Shown: piece after piece, positions 10,120 to 19,910 of the stretch
How positions within the stretch are numbered: the first letter of the stretch is position 1
Layout of the letters: each line of letters opens with the position of its first letter
DNA from: Vicugna vicugna
Lineage: Eukaryota
Direction: 5' to 3'
Length of the DNA stretch: 20,000 nucleotides
Assembly (NCBI GenBank): GCA_013265495.1
Contig: MU058716.1
Coordinates: 313,144-333,143 of the forward strand
Notes under the pieces: model-generated
Told to the model about the DNA's origin: nothing
What the model saw: only the letters and a program-made list of their open reading frames with translations
Databases searched by the model: none
Position numbers and translations under genes: made by a program

Positions 10120-10315
10120 TGTGCTTCCAGGAGAGGACTTGGATGTTAACTAGGACCATGAAACTGAAAGTCCCCTGACAAAGGCCCGGAGGGGAGGGAG
10201 TCGGAGGGGGAGGGGGCAGGGAGAGCAAAGCCCCTGGCTCTTCACCGAGCCTTTGCTCCACTGGAACTTTTTAACCGGATGCACGTAGCACTGTGATCAT
10301 TTTAAGTAATTTATT
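10120..10315 (+). mobile_element. Possible old L1ME 3' end
   Basis: A G-rich tract followed by 'ctcttcaccgagcctttg...actttttaaccggatgcacgtagcactgtg'. Confidence 0.35.
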
Positions 10316-10519
10316 AAGAATGTGAAACAAATCATTTAAGTCTCCCCAGCGTCCACGGCAAGGGACGGAAGGCAGTCTGGGCCTTCGGAGTCTGGGGGCC
10401 GTATTTCAAGACTTGCCCTGGTGTGGAGGGCTTCGTTTCTGAAGACAGATGCTGCACAGACATCCATCCACTGTGCTTACCTAACCCCTTGCACACTGAA
10501 GTCACCAGTAACTACAGCC

Positions 10520-10735
10520 TGCTTCAGGTTTTAAGGGAGGAGCACAGACAATCAACAGGGGAGGTGCTCTGAGGGGATGAGCCAGGCCGGTGGGGGCCAA
10601 GCTCAGAGCCCCCCTGCCTCCCCCCAACCAGCTCCAGGAACACCCGCTGCTTATCACACCCGCTGCCCTGGGCTTCCCGGCTTCCGAGGAGGATAAATTC
10701 CTGCACTGGGGCAACCAGGTGTGGGCAGCCCCAGG
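10520..10735 (+). mobile_element. Possible MLT1 (ERVL-MaLR) LTR remnant
   Basis: 'gggcttcccggcttccgaggaggataaattcctg...gtgtgggcagcccca' loosely follows the MLT1 3' half. Confidence 0.35.
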
Positions 10736-11043
10736 CTGAGCCCCCTCTGAAGGGTGGGCAGGCCCTGGCTGCTCCTGACCCTTTGTCAGAGAGAATATTT
10801 TTTGTGGCTTTGCATGATCCTTCAGTCTGCTTTGGAGAAGGCTTTTCCTGGAAGGGGAGATTTTGAGGCAAACCGTGTCGGTGATCTCTGCAGGAGCTCT
10901 CAGGACGTGCTGTTCCAGCATGTTCCAGGGGCTGCTGGAGTGTCAGCCTTCCTCCCGGGGTCGGAGCAGGCTCGGCAGACGGTGAAGGGCCCGAGGACAG
11001 GCTGCCTGGGACGCGCATCCCAGGCCCGGGCTCTCAGCGGGCC

Positions 11044-11487
11044 TGTAACTAGGGAAGAACAAACCTGACTCCACATGGGATCTGTTTCTTTTACTTTAAC
11101 CTTTGATTCTGTTGCTTTTGCTGCAAGTTAATCACTGAAGGGATGTTGCCTGTAGCTTAAATGATACATCGTGGCCCATCGCTGGGAACCCTGCCTCCGA
11201 GGTGAGGAGCGTTCAGCCAAAACCCCCTCGCGTGCTCGCAGGAGGCGTCCTGACCAGGCCTGCCTGTGAGGGGCTGACCGGAAGCAGGCAGTGCTTGACG
11301 TTCCTCCCTCCCCTTTCAGCATAAAGGAGCCTGAATTCTGACTCAGGCAGGTTCTTGGGAGCACTGGTTCCCCACTTCTTGGTCGCAGGGCTTTCCGAAT
11401 AAAGTCACTATTCCATGTCCCAACAACTCATCCTTCAATTTATTGGCCTGTCATGCAGCGAGCAGTATGGACTTGGACTTGGCAAGA
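11044..11487 (+). mobile_element. ERV1-class solo LTR (MER41-like)
   Basis: Starts TGTAAC and ends 'cttggacttggcaaGA' (decayed CA). Flanked by a 4-bp TSD GGCC (11040-11043, 11488-11491). TATA-like CATAAA ~11320, AATAAA 11398-11403, and U5-like 'tttattggcctgtcatgcagcgagcag'. Confidence 0.85.
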
Positions 11488-12020
11488 GGCCCACATGGAC
11501 GCTGGCGGGAAATCAGACCCACTGCTTTCCTGGGTAATTTCCCTTTTTCCTACAAGGAGACCACTGGGACTGAGCGAACCCTACGTATTGTTAATCCAAG
11601 GGTTATTCCAGCCTTAGAAAAATGGAACCCACCTCACCACGTTCCTAAGGAAGAATTTTCAGGTGAATGGTAGAAAGGTTGAGTCTTTTCCACATGAACT
11701 AAGTGCCCTGGGTAATTTGTCTTTAAAAGTATCCTTTAAAACTCAGCCTTTACATTAAAAACAATTCTGCTAGAACATTGTTTTTCTTTCAGGTTTATAA
11801 ACACAAGGCACCGCAAGGTTCTCTTCCTTTGCCTGCAGTGAAGCACGTAGTAACACCAGGTGACTTGCGACCCCGGCTGCCTGGACTCCCCCGGCTGTGG
11901 CGCTCAGTAGCGGTGGGGTTACTCTTTAAAAAGTACAAAATCAGTTATGTAAACCAATGTTAAAGACCGTTTTATTTCAAAAGATTGTGTTTTCTGGGAA
12001 AAAAATGGAAAGAAACAGAC

Positions 12021-13110
12021 ACTTATTCATCCATCCATTTATTCCAGGCATCTTTGTAGGGTGGGCGGCACTGCATGGCAGGTATGTTCTCAGTCTGGGG
12101 CATAGGAATGAACAACACAGAGAACAATTCCTACTGTCCCGGAGAATATTCTAGTGCTATAAACCGACAGTGACCCAGCAAACTAGCAAACAGCACAGTG
12201 TGACATGGTGTCAGTGCTGTGGAGAAAACAGAGCCAGGCAAGGGAGGAGTGTGGGAAGGAGGGCTGCACTCCCAGTGAGGAGGCAGGGAAGGCCTCGTGG
12301 AGGGAGGGGGGACACAGGCCTGTGCAGACCCCAGTAAGGAAAGGCTGGGAAGCCCAGGACACCAGAGGAGGGACCCTGAGGTCAGAAAGGAAGTGGGGGA
12401 GGGGTATGGCTGCAGGGGGTACCGACCTTGTAAGGGCCTGAAGGCTGGTCTTAAAGAGAAAAGCTTTTCTCGGAGCAAGAGGAGAAGCCAGTGGAAGGTG
12501 CTGGAACGCAGAAGTGACACACTGTTTTAGCGATGAAAGCATAGTTCTGGTGATAATGTCGTGTGCAGCAACATGGATGAACCTAAGGATGACCATACTG
12601 AGTGCAGTGAGTCAGACAAAGACAAGTAGTATGTGATATCACCTGCATGTGGAATCTGGAAACTGATCCTAGTGCATCTATTTATAGAACAAAAACAAAC
12701 TCACAGACATAGAAAACAAATTGATGGTTACCAAAGGGGTAGGGTGGGGGAGTTTGAGACCAGTAAACGCTAACTACTACATATGAAATAGATGAACAAC
12801 AAGGTCTGACAGTAGCTATATTCAGTATCTTGTAATAGCCTATAATGAAAAAGAATCTGAAAAGTATGCATATATATGTATAACTGAATCACTAGGCTGT
12901 ATACCTGAAACTAATGCTACATTGTAAATCAACTACACTTCAATAATTAATTAATAAAAGCATTGCTCTGTCTGCTTTTTTTTTTTCTGGAGAATAGACC
13001 GGGGTGGGGTGAATCCAAGGTAATGAGCTAAGAGGTTACTGTGATAATCCAGCAGCCTGACCCCGCTGTGATGGGCAGCAGGTGAAGTCTTGATGCATTC
13101 AGCATTCCGA
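12021..13110 (-). mobile_element. L2 LINE 3' region, split by an L1
   Basis: Begins 'ttattcatccatccatttatt' (antisense L2 tail), continues 'aatgaacaacacaga...ttctagt', 'agggaaggcctc', 'agccagtggaaggtg', and resumes after the L1 with 'ctctgtctgct...ggagaatagac'. Confidence 0.7.
12550..12956 (+). mobile_element. 5'-truncated L1 3' end
   Basis: 'gcagcaacatggatgaacctaaggatgaccatactgagtg' through 'aactacacttcaataa'. TSD aaagcatagttctg (12536-12549) / aaagcattgctctg (12957-12970). Confidence 0.92.
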
Positions 13111-13134
13111 AGACAGGACGTGCTGGCGACGTCC

Positions 13135-13297
13135 CGTGTCTCCTCCTCTTGTAAGGACAGCGGTTCTGTCAGCTCAGGGCTCCACCTTTTCCACTCATTT
13201 AACCTTAATGCACCTTAAGGCCCTCTCTCCAGTACAGGTGCATGCGGGTTTAGGGCTTCAGTATATGAATCTGGGGGACACAGTTCAGTCCAAAGCA
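13135..13297 (-). mobile_element. MLT1A-like MaLR LTR fragment
   Basis: 'cttgtaaggacagc...ctcatttaaccttaat...ggccctctctcca...ttagggcttcagtatatgaatctgggggacacagttcagtccaaagca' follows the MLT1A terminus. Confidence 0.8.
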
Positions 13298-13587
13298 GCA
13301 ACGGAAGCATGAAGTTGTCATTTCCTGAACTGAGAAGCCGTGAGTAGGGAGGTCTCACTCATCCTTAGGGCGGGCCTCCTGCTCGTCTTGCCGCGACCGA
13401 CCAGGACACACCTAGGAGATGGCAGAATCAGCTAAGAGGAGCCTGAGCCCCCGTCCTTTCCCAGGTGAGAGGTGACTGAGCCGAAGCGCAGGCAGGGAGG
13501 GCGGCCAGCAGCCCCGCAGGCCTGCCCCAGCGCAGCTGTGTTCTGCTGCCCCATTAGGTAGGCTGGGGCCTGATGCTGATGCCGCTG

Positions 13588-13696
13588 ACAGGTACTTACC
13601 AAGCACCACCCGAGGGCTGGGTACCATTCCAGAGTTTGGGGGATGCATCAATGAACAGATCAAAGACCCCTGCCTTCAAGGGATAAATATCCAGTA
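13588..13696 (-). mobile_element. L2 3' end fragment
   Basis: 'tacttaccaagcaccac...tgggggatgcatcaatgaacagatcaaagacccctgccttcaagg...tccagt'. Confidence 0.6.
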
Positions 13697-13738
13697 AATA
13701 TGGAAGGTACGCCTGCAGCTCCTTAAGGTTACACTTAC

Positions 13739-13806
13739 CTTCATAATTTTCTCCCTGTGCTGCAAATGAGTTCTCCCATTCTTAAAAAGACACTATTAAC
13801 TATCTG
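13739..13806 (-). other. Putative 68-nt exon
   Basis: NAGNAG acceptor tattttcattacag|cag and consensus donor AAG|GTAAGT. An upstream donor CAG|GTAAGA at 13905/13904 defines a 98-nt intron. Confidence 0.4.
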
Positions 13807-13981
13807 CTGTAATGAAAATATGTTATTTAAACAGCCTTCTGTGTTCTCTGTTAAATGTATTTTCTGGCTAATGGCTGAACACTTCACTGTGTCTCCTTTC
13901 TTACCTGTGGTCACTAAGTTCTCTGGGGTGGCCAAACATTTTTACTCTTTGCAGCTCAACAGTTTCTTTCTTTGTTTCTTT

Positions 13982-14103
13982 AATTAAAAAAATAAATAAG
14001 AGGAAGGTATTTGGTTTATTTATTTTTGGAGGAGGTACTGGATGGAACCCAGGACCTCGTGCATGCTAAGCATGTGCTCTAGCGCTTGAGCTATACCCTC
14101 CCC
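13982..14103 (-). mobile_element. Vic-1-like camelid SINE inserted in an L1 tail
   Basis: The minus strand reads 'ggggagggtatagctcaagcgctagagcacatgcttagcatgcacgaggtcctgggttccatccagtacctcc'. Both flanks are ttctttctt-type repeats. Confidence 0.92.
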
Positions 14104-14106
14104 ACC

Positions 14107-14665
14107 TTCTTTCTTTTCTTTTCTTTTTAATGTCTTTAAAATTGAAGTAGAGTTGATTTACAGTGCTGTGTTAGTTTCTGGTGCACAGCACAGTGATTCA
14201 GTTACATTCTTTCTCATAGTCTTCATCCTTATCAGTTACTACGAGATACTGAGTATAGTTCCCTGTGCTCTACAATAGGACTTTGCTGTTTATTTTATAT
14301 ATAGTAGTTTGTATCTGCTGATCCTAAACTCCTACTTTATCCCTCCCCCAACTTTCCCCCCTGGTAACCGTAAGTTTGTTTTCTATGTCTGTGAGTCTGT
14401 TTCTGTTTTGTAAATAAGTTCATTTGTGTCATTTTTTAAAGATCCTACATATAAGTAATATCAATTGATATTTATCTTTCTCTTTCAGACTTACTTCATT
14501 TAGAATGACAACCTCCAGTTCCATCCATGTTGCTGCAAATGGCATTATCTTACTCTTTTTGTGGCTGAACAGTATTCCACTGTATAAATGTACCACAACT
14601 TCGTTATCCAGTCGTCTGTAGACAACACTTAGGTTGCTTCCAGGTCCTGGTTGTTGTAACCAGTG
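14107..14665 (-). mobile_element. 5'-truncated L1 3' end
   Basis: 'attgaagtagagttgatttacagtgctgtgttagtttctggtg' through 'ccatccatgttgctgcaaatggcattat' and 'ttaggttgcttccaggtcctgg'. Direct repeat tgcagctcaac at 13950-13960 and 14666-14676. Confidence 0.95.
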
Positions 14666-15549
14666 TGCAGCTCAACGACCTGAGTGGGGCCAGGTCAGAT
14701 GGAAGTAGCCACCGGAAGACGACTGGGAGGCGTCCCATGACTGTACTGGCGCCCAGCCAGTTCTGTGGCGGTTTAAGCAGAAAGGGGGTTTGGGCGGGGG
14801 ATTAGATTAGGTGGCTGAAAGGGGCACCAGGAGGAAAGCAGGCACAGACACCCCCGGTCGGCTCTGGTGCTGCGGGTCTCTCCCCCAGCCTGTCCCCCAC
14901 GTGGCTCCACCCCATGCCCGTCTTGGCCAGTGCCAGTCCCTCATTCCCTGGCTCTGGCGGAGACCCCCAGGTGCTGGGCAGCTGGGGCAAGACCACAGGC
15001 CCAGCCACGGGGTGGCGCGCGGAGCTCAGCTGAGCGTCCGTGTTCCTGCGGTCACTGGGTAGTGGATTCTTGGGGCCCTGAACTGAGACTTGCCAGGTCC
15101 AGGACAGAGGAAAGCTGTGACGTATGAGCGATGCCTGCGCCGGCACAGGCCAGGGTGACGCGTGCAGGATGTTCACCATCTTCTCATGACGGTCTCAGGA
15201 CATCGCGGTTCCTGCTGTGTCTGAGAAGAAAGCTGGGGGGCCGGGGGTCCAGGACCGGAGAGCCGAGGCAGGTAGCGGCGCCCCGGAGAGAGCAGGACAC
15301 CGGTGTCAGGTCCTCCGCACCGGGCAGAGAGAGGTGGTGCCTGCAGGGTGGCTGGACACTGGCCAAAAAATCCTGTTTTCACAAAGAGCAACATGAATGT
15401 AACTCAAAATAATGTGCAACTATTCATCTGGAGGATGCGATGAAGGATTTTTTTTTTTTGGCACTGGGCTAACTGAACTGTTTATTTAAGTGCACACAAA
15501 AAGGGGGAGTGGTGGTAACTGTCTAAAATAATGGGGATACCTATCCTGA

Positions 15550-15684
15550 GGTGACGCCTGGTCTGCAGTGACGTCAGCAGAGGAGAAGCCACACCCCTCC
15601 CCCCTCGGACCCTGGTGGCCCCACGTGGTCCCACAGTGCTCGCCCGCCCTCCTGACGGTGGTTCACGTTCAAGGCAGCCAGAGG
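15550..15684. promoter_or_regulatory. Promoter-like motif cluster abutting the gap
   Basis: CRE TGACGTCA 15569-15576, CACCC box ~15590, E-box CCACGTGG 15621-15628 and GC box cgcccgccc ~15641. Confidence 0.35.
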
Positions 15685-15782
15685 NNNNNNNNNNNNNNNN
15701 NNNNNNNNNNNNNNNNNNNNNNNNNNNNNNNNNNNNNNNNNNNNNNNNNNNNNNNNNNNNNNNNNNNNNNNNNNNNNNNNNN
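15685..15782. other. Assembly gap (98 N)
   Basis: Run of N. Confidence 1.
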
Positions 15783-16149
15783 TTTTTAGAAATAACTCTT
15801 AAGAAAAAAAGAGAGAGAGAAGACACTACATACTTCAAAAAAAGCAGAAATAAATTTAATTTCCTTTTTTTCCCTCTTTTTTTTAAACTCTAAATAATTG
15901 CCAAGGACAATTAGCAGCTGAATATTTCCAAATTGTTTTAGGATGCTTGAAACGTTGTTCCAACAACCCACTGTCCACCTTATTTTTGCTCCATATTTTC
16001 TCTCTTTTCCTCTCACTTCTCTTCCCATTCTGTCTTCCACTGCTGTATGACCACAGCTGACACGAGAGACACACGATGCCATCATCAAAATACCATTTTA
16101 ATTTCAAAATATACAATGCCATTTTCAAATACTTGCTTGGGGCAAAAAA

Positions 16150-16340
16150 TTCGAACTATAGAATTGTATGGAGAGCCATATAAAGAAAAACATGGAATTT
16201 CCTCCATAACTCATCCCCAGAGGTAACCACTGTTAACACAAGCATATTCTTAAAAAGCCTTGTCTGCAATGAGTAAAACTTTGTGTTCCTTCCTGTGGAT
16301 ATAGAATTTACATTTTTTCTCTCAAATAAAAATGACCTCA
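16150..16340 (-). mobile_element. Old L1ME-type 3' fragment
   Basis: Contains the diagnostic antisense word 'cccagaggtaaccactgttaaca'. Confidence 0.5.
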
Positions 16341-16429
16341 ATCTATTGGTTATATTAACTCAGAACAAAGCAGTGAGTGAGAACACGATGTTAAAGATCA
16401 GATTTACTTTTGTCTGTTGTCTATCTGTT

Positions 16430-16443
16430 CACACACACACACA
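16430..16443. repeat. Short (CA)7 microsatellite
   Basis: cacacacacacaca. Confidence 0.7.
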
Positions 16444-17420
16444 GAGACATAGAGAGATTTAACACAACCGTTAAGGTGGTCTAACTTAAACGTCTTCATG
16501 AAGAGAGAAGCAATTATGAAATCATAGTGTATTACTACAACTGCTGTTACGAGCGGCAGCCGGTGTCCTTCATGCCCAGGTGACCGTCACAGGTTCACCG
16601 TCGCTCGCGGCCCTAAGTAAGCCCTCGTCAGCTCAGCTACAGAGAAGTCTTTCCACATCACGCTGCTGTTGCTACCTGCTCAGAACCTCTTCATAAAGTG
16701 TTTATTACTTAAACAAATAATGATTTAAATTAGATGAGAAATTACTCTCTAATTACATGTTGATAACGACTCCAGGGTGTGAGGGATGGGAAGTAAGTCA
16801 CGTTTAATGCGTCATCCAGGACAAACCCTAAAGCCCTGGGGAGGACGCTGGGGGTGAGCTCCCGGCGTGGTCTCCCTTGTCGGCAGGAGTCTTGTCTGCT
16901 TTCTATAAAATTCTGAGTGCCTTTCCAAAGCCCTGAAAATGAGTAACAGCACATAGCAAGATCTTCGGCAGTGCCTCGGTAGCTCACAGATCTAACTGGA
17001 GTCCAGTCAGCCTCGCCTGTCCCCAGATGCCCCGGGTGTCTGGTGTTTCTCTCCCCACTGACGGGGCCTCTGTGTGGCCGCTGACCACCCGGTGCACTGA
17101 CTTCCCACATCTGCTCCCGTCCTTCCCCAGGGTCATGGTCACCCCTGTGTCTGAATCAGAGGAAGAGCATGTTGAAAGTTTGAGGCCCAGTTTCTTAGAA
17201 ATAGAAATTGGTCTGCTCGACCTAGTGTTTTATTAAAACATTTGTTCTTACTCATATGTTTTGTGGCCACTGCAGACAGTTGAAGGGAGCTGTGGGCTTC
17301 AGCCTCGGTCAGCTGCTTGACCTCCTTCCCCTGATGCCAGGCACTCAGCGGTCAGTATGACCAGAGCAAAGGGCCACAGGGCCGCCACCATGGGGTCACC
17401 TCTGCTGGCTCTGGCTCCAC

Positions 17421-17757
17421 ATTTATTTTAATTTAATTTGTTTTAATGATGTATAGTTGATTTACATGTCATGTTAGTTTCAGGTGTACAGCAAGGTGAT
17501 TAAGTTATAGAAACAAACGTGTATGTACATTCTTTCTCAGTTTCTTTTCCATTATAGGCTATTACAAGATACTAAATACAGTTCCCTGTGCTCTACAGTA
17601 GATCCTTGTTGTTTATCTATTTTATATACAGTAGTGTGTGTCTGTTAATCCCCAACCCCTAAGTTATCCCTCCCTACCCTTTCCCCTTTGGGGACCATAG
17701 TTTGTTTTCTATGTTCGTGAGTCTGTTTTTGGTCTGTAAATAGAATTTGTATCATTT
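17421..17757 (-). mobile_element. 5'-truncated L1 3' UTR
   Basis: 'gtatagttgatttaca...gttagtttcaggtgtacagca...ttccctgtgctctacagtaga', the same family as 14107-14665. Confidence 0.92.
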
Positions 17758-18006
17758 AAAAATTATTGTAAAAGGACTTTTGCAGTGAAAGTGCCCATCT
17801 TCCTGTGGAGGGTGATGCCCCAGGGCCAGCCCAGCTCAGCACTGTCCTGGCAGCTAGCCCTGGGCTTGCGAGGGCTGAGTGGATCCCCATACGTAGCTCC
17901 CAGCGGCCATTTTCTCTCATCCACGTGTGCAGTGTCCAGACATGAAAGGACTGCACAGGTGCGCCAGTGGTGTGTGTTCATGGTGGGTGGTTAGGGTGAG
18001 GGTCAA

Positions 18007-18778
18007 GTCTTCTACCTCCTTGGGTAGATTTACTCCTACATAGTTTGTTCTTTCTGATGCTATTGGAAGTGGAATTGTTTTCTTAAATTTTTTTGATTAT
18101 TCATTGTTAGTGTATAGAAATGCAACTGATTTTTGTGTTTTGATTTTGTATCCTGAAACTTTGCTGAATTCATTTATTGTTCTAACAGGTTGTGTGTGGG
18201 GGGTGGGGGTGGACAGAGATAATTTTATTTCGTCCTTTCCAATTTAGATGCTGTTATCTCTTTCTCCTGCCTGATTGCTCTATGACTTCCAGCACCATAT
18301 TGAATGGAAGTGGTAAAAGTAGAAATCCATGTCTTGTCTCTGATTTTACAGGAAAAAGTTTTGGTCTCTCACTATTAAGTATGATGTCTGCTATGGGCTC
18401 TTCATAAATGGCCTTCATTTTTGTTGAGGTCATTTCCTTTTATTGAGTGTTTTTATCATGGGAGGGTGTTGAATTTTGTCAAAGACTTGTTTTGCATCAA
18501 TTTAGATGATCACATAGTTTTCTCCCTTCATTCTGTTAATACAGTGATTGTTGAACCATCCTTGCATTCCAGGAACAAATTCCACTGGGTCATGGTGTAT
18601 GGCCCTTTTAGTGTGCTATTGACTTTATTTGTTCATACCTTGTTGAGGATTTTTGCAACTATATTCATGGGAAATTGGTCTGTGTTTTTCTTTTCTTGTG
18701 GTGTGTTTGACTTTCAAGGTAGTGCTGACCTCACCGAAAATTTGGAATTGTCTCTTCCTTTCAGTTTTTTGGAATTAA
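18007..18778 (-). mobile_element. Old L1 ORF2 (RT region) fragment, degenerate
   Basis: Antisense L1 ORF2 words: 'gtgtatagaaatgcaactgatttttgtg', 'ttgtatcctgaaactttgctgaattc', 'gttgaaccatccttgcattcc', 'ttgttgaggatttttgca'. Confidence 0.92.
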
Positions 18779-18779
18779 T

Positions 18780-18880
18780 AATACTTTCTATAAATTAACT
18801 TTCAATAATGTTTATTTTTAGAAATCCATTTGCAAAATTCCTGAATACTTAACAATCGGCTCTCCTGAGCACCTCCCTGG
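18780..18880. mobile_element. Possible hAT-Tip100 (Arthur1-like) end fragment
   Basis: 'gcaaaattcctgaatacttaacaatcggctctcctgagc' resembles a recalled hAT subterminal sequence. The family assignment is uncertain. Confidence 0.35.
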
Positions 18881-19019
18881 GCCTGATCACACCTGAAGTA
18901 TCTTAAAATGTTTGCTTTTGTTTTTAACAAGATCCTGCATAGAAAAGGGGAAACAGAGTAATTTTAAGTGAGAGAAAGCTATCTCTTATTTTCTCAGAAG
19001 AAATGCCTTTCCCAAAGTG

Positions 19020-19457
19020 TTAATAGGTACTCACCAAAAGCCATGTACAGGTTATTGCAAATGTATTTACATTTATAATGGTTAGAAAGTGGAAACAACC
19101 TAAATCTCCATCTGGAGCAGTCGATAACTAAATTGTGGAATATCTGTACAATGGAGTGCTATCCCAGCCGTAAGAGGAACTCCAGCTGCTTGTGGTGACT
19201 TGACAAACCTCACAAACATAATCTCCAGTGAAATGAGTAAGACATACAAATAATTACATACTTTTTGATTCCACTTATATGCAGTTCAAGAACAGATAAA
19301 ACTAACCCATGGTATTAGAGTCAGTACTAATAGTGGTTACCTTTGGGGAGCTGCTGATTGGGAGATGACATGAGGGACTCTTCTGGTTTACCAGAAATAG
19401 TCTATTTTTTGACCTGGGTTACTTGAGTGTGTATATTTGTAAAAATTTATTGAGCTA
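19020..19457 (+). mobile_element. Old L1M (MD/ME-type) ORF2 end + 3' UTR
   Basis: 'tggaaacaacctaaat', 'tgattccacttatatg..gttcaagaacag', 'tagtggttacctttgggg', 'cttgagtgtgtatatttgtaaaaatt'. Confidence 0.8.
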
Positions 19458-19458
19458 A

Positions 19459-19910
19459 TGATCCAGCAATCCCACTCCTGGGCACATATCCAGAGAAAAA
19501 TATAATTCAAAAAGATACATACACCCCAGTGTTCACAGCAGCACTGTTCACAATAGCCAGGACATGGAAACAACCCAAATGTCCATCAACAGATGACTGG
19601 ATAAAGAAGCTGTGGCACATTTACACAATGGAATACTACTCATCCATAAAAAAGAATAAAATAATGACATTTGCAGCAACATGGATGGACCTGGAGATCA
19701 TCATTCTAAGTGAAATAATCCAGAAAGAAAAAGAAAAATGCCATATGATATTGCTTATATGTGGAATCTTAAAAAAAAAAGAAAAGAAAAAAAGGACACA
19801 AACAAACTTATCTACAAAACAAAAACAGACTTACACACATAGAGAACAAACTTATGGTTACCTGGGGGGAAGGGGGTGGAAAGGGATAAATTGGGAGTTT
19901 GAAATCTGCA
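19459..19910 (+). mobile_element. Younger camelid-type L1 (ORF2 C-terminus), lacking its 3' tail
   Basis: ORF 19529 reads 'FTAALFTIARTWKQPKCPSTDDWIKKLWHIYTMEYYS...ATWMDLE'. The element stops at 'gagtttgaaatctgca'. Confidence 0.95.

Noticed and set aside
2369..14103. tRNA-like sequences with A/B boxes
   Set aside because: They have A-rich tails and TSDs and lack a full cloverleaf, so they are SINEs, not tRNA genes.
14740..15160. Possible very old MLT1 LTR ('tttaagcagaaaggggg')
   Set aside because: Similarity too faint to call by eye.
18421..18798. Hydrophobic 125-aa plus-strand ORF
   Set aside because: Antisense reading of A-rich L1 ORF2 gives F/L/I/V-rich artefacts.
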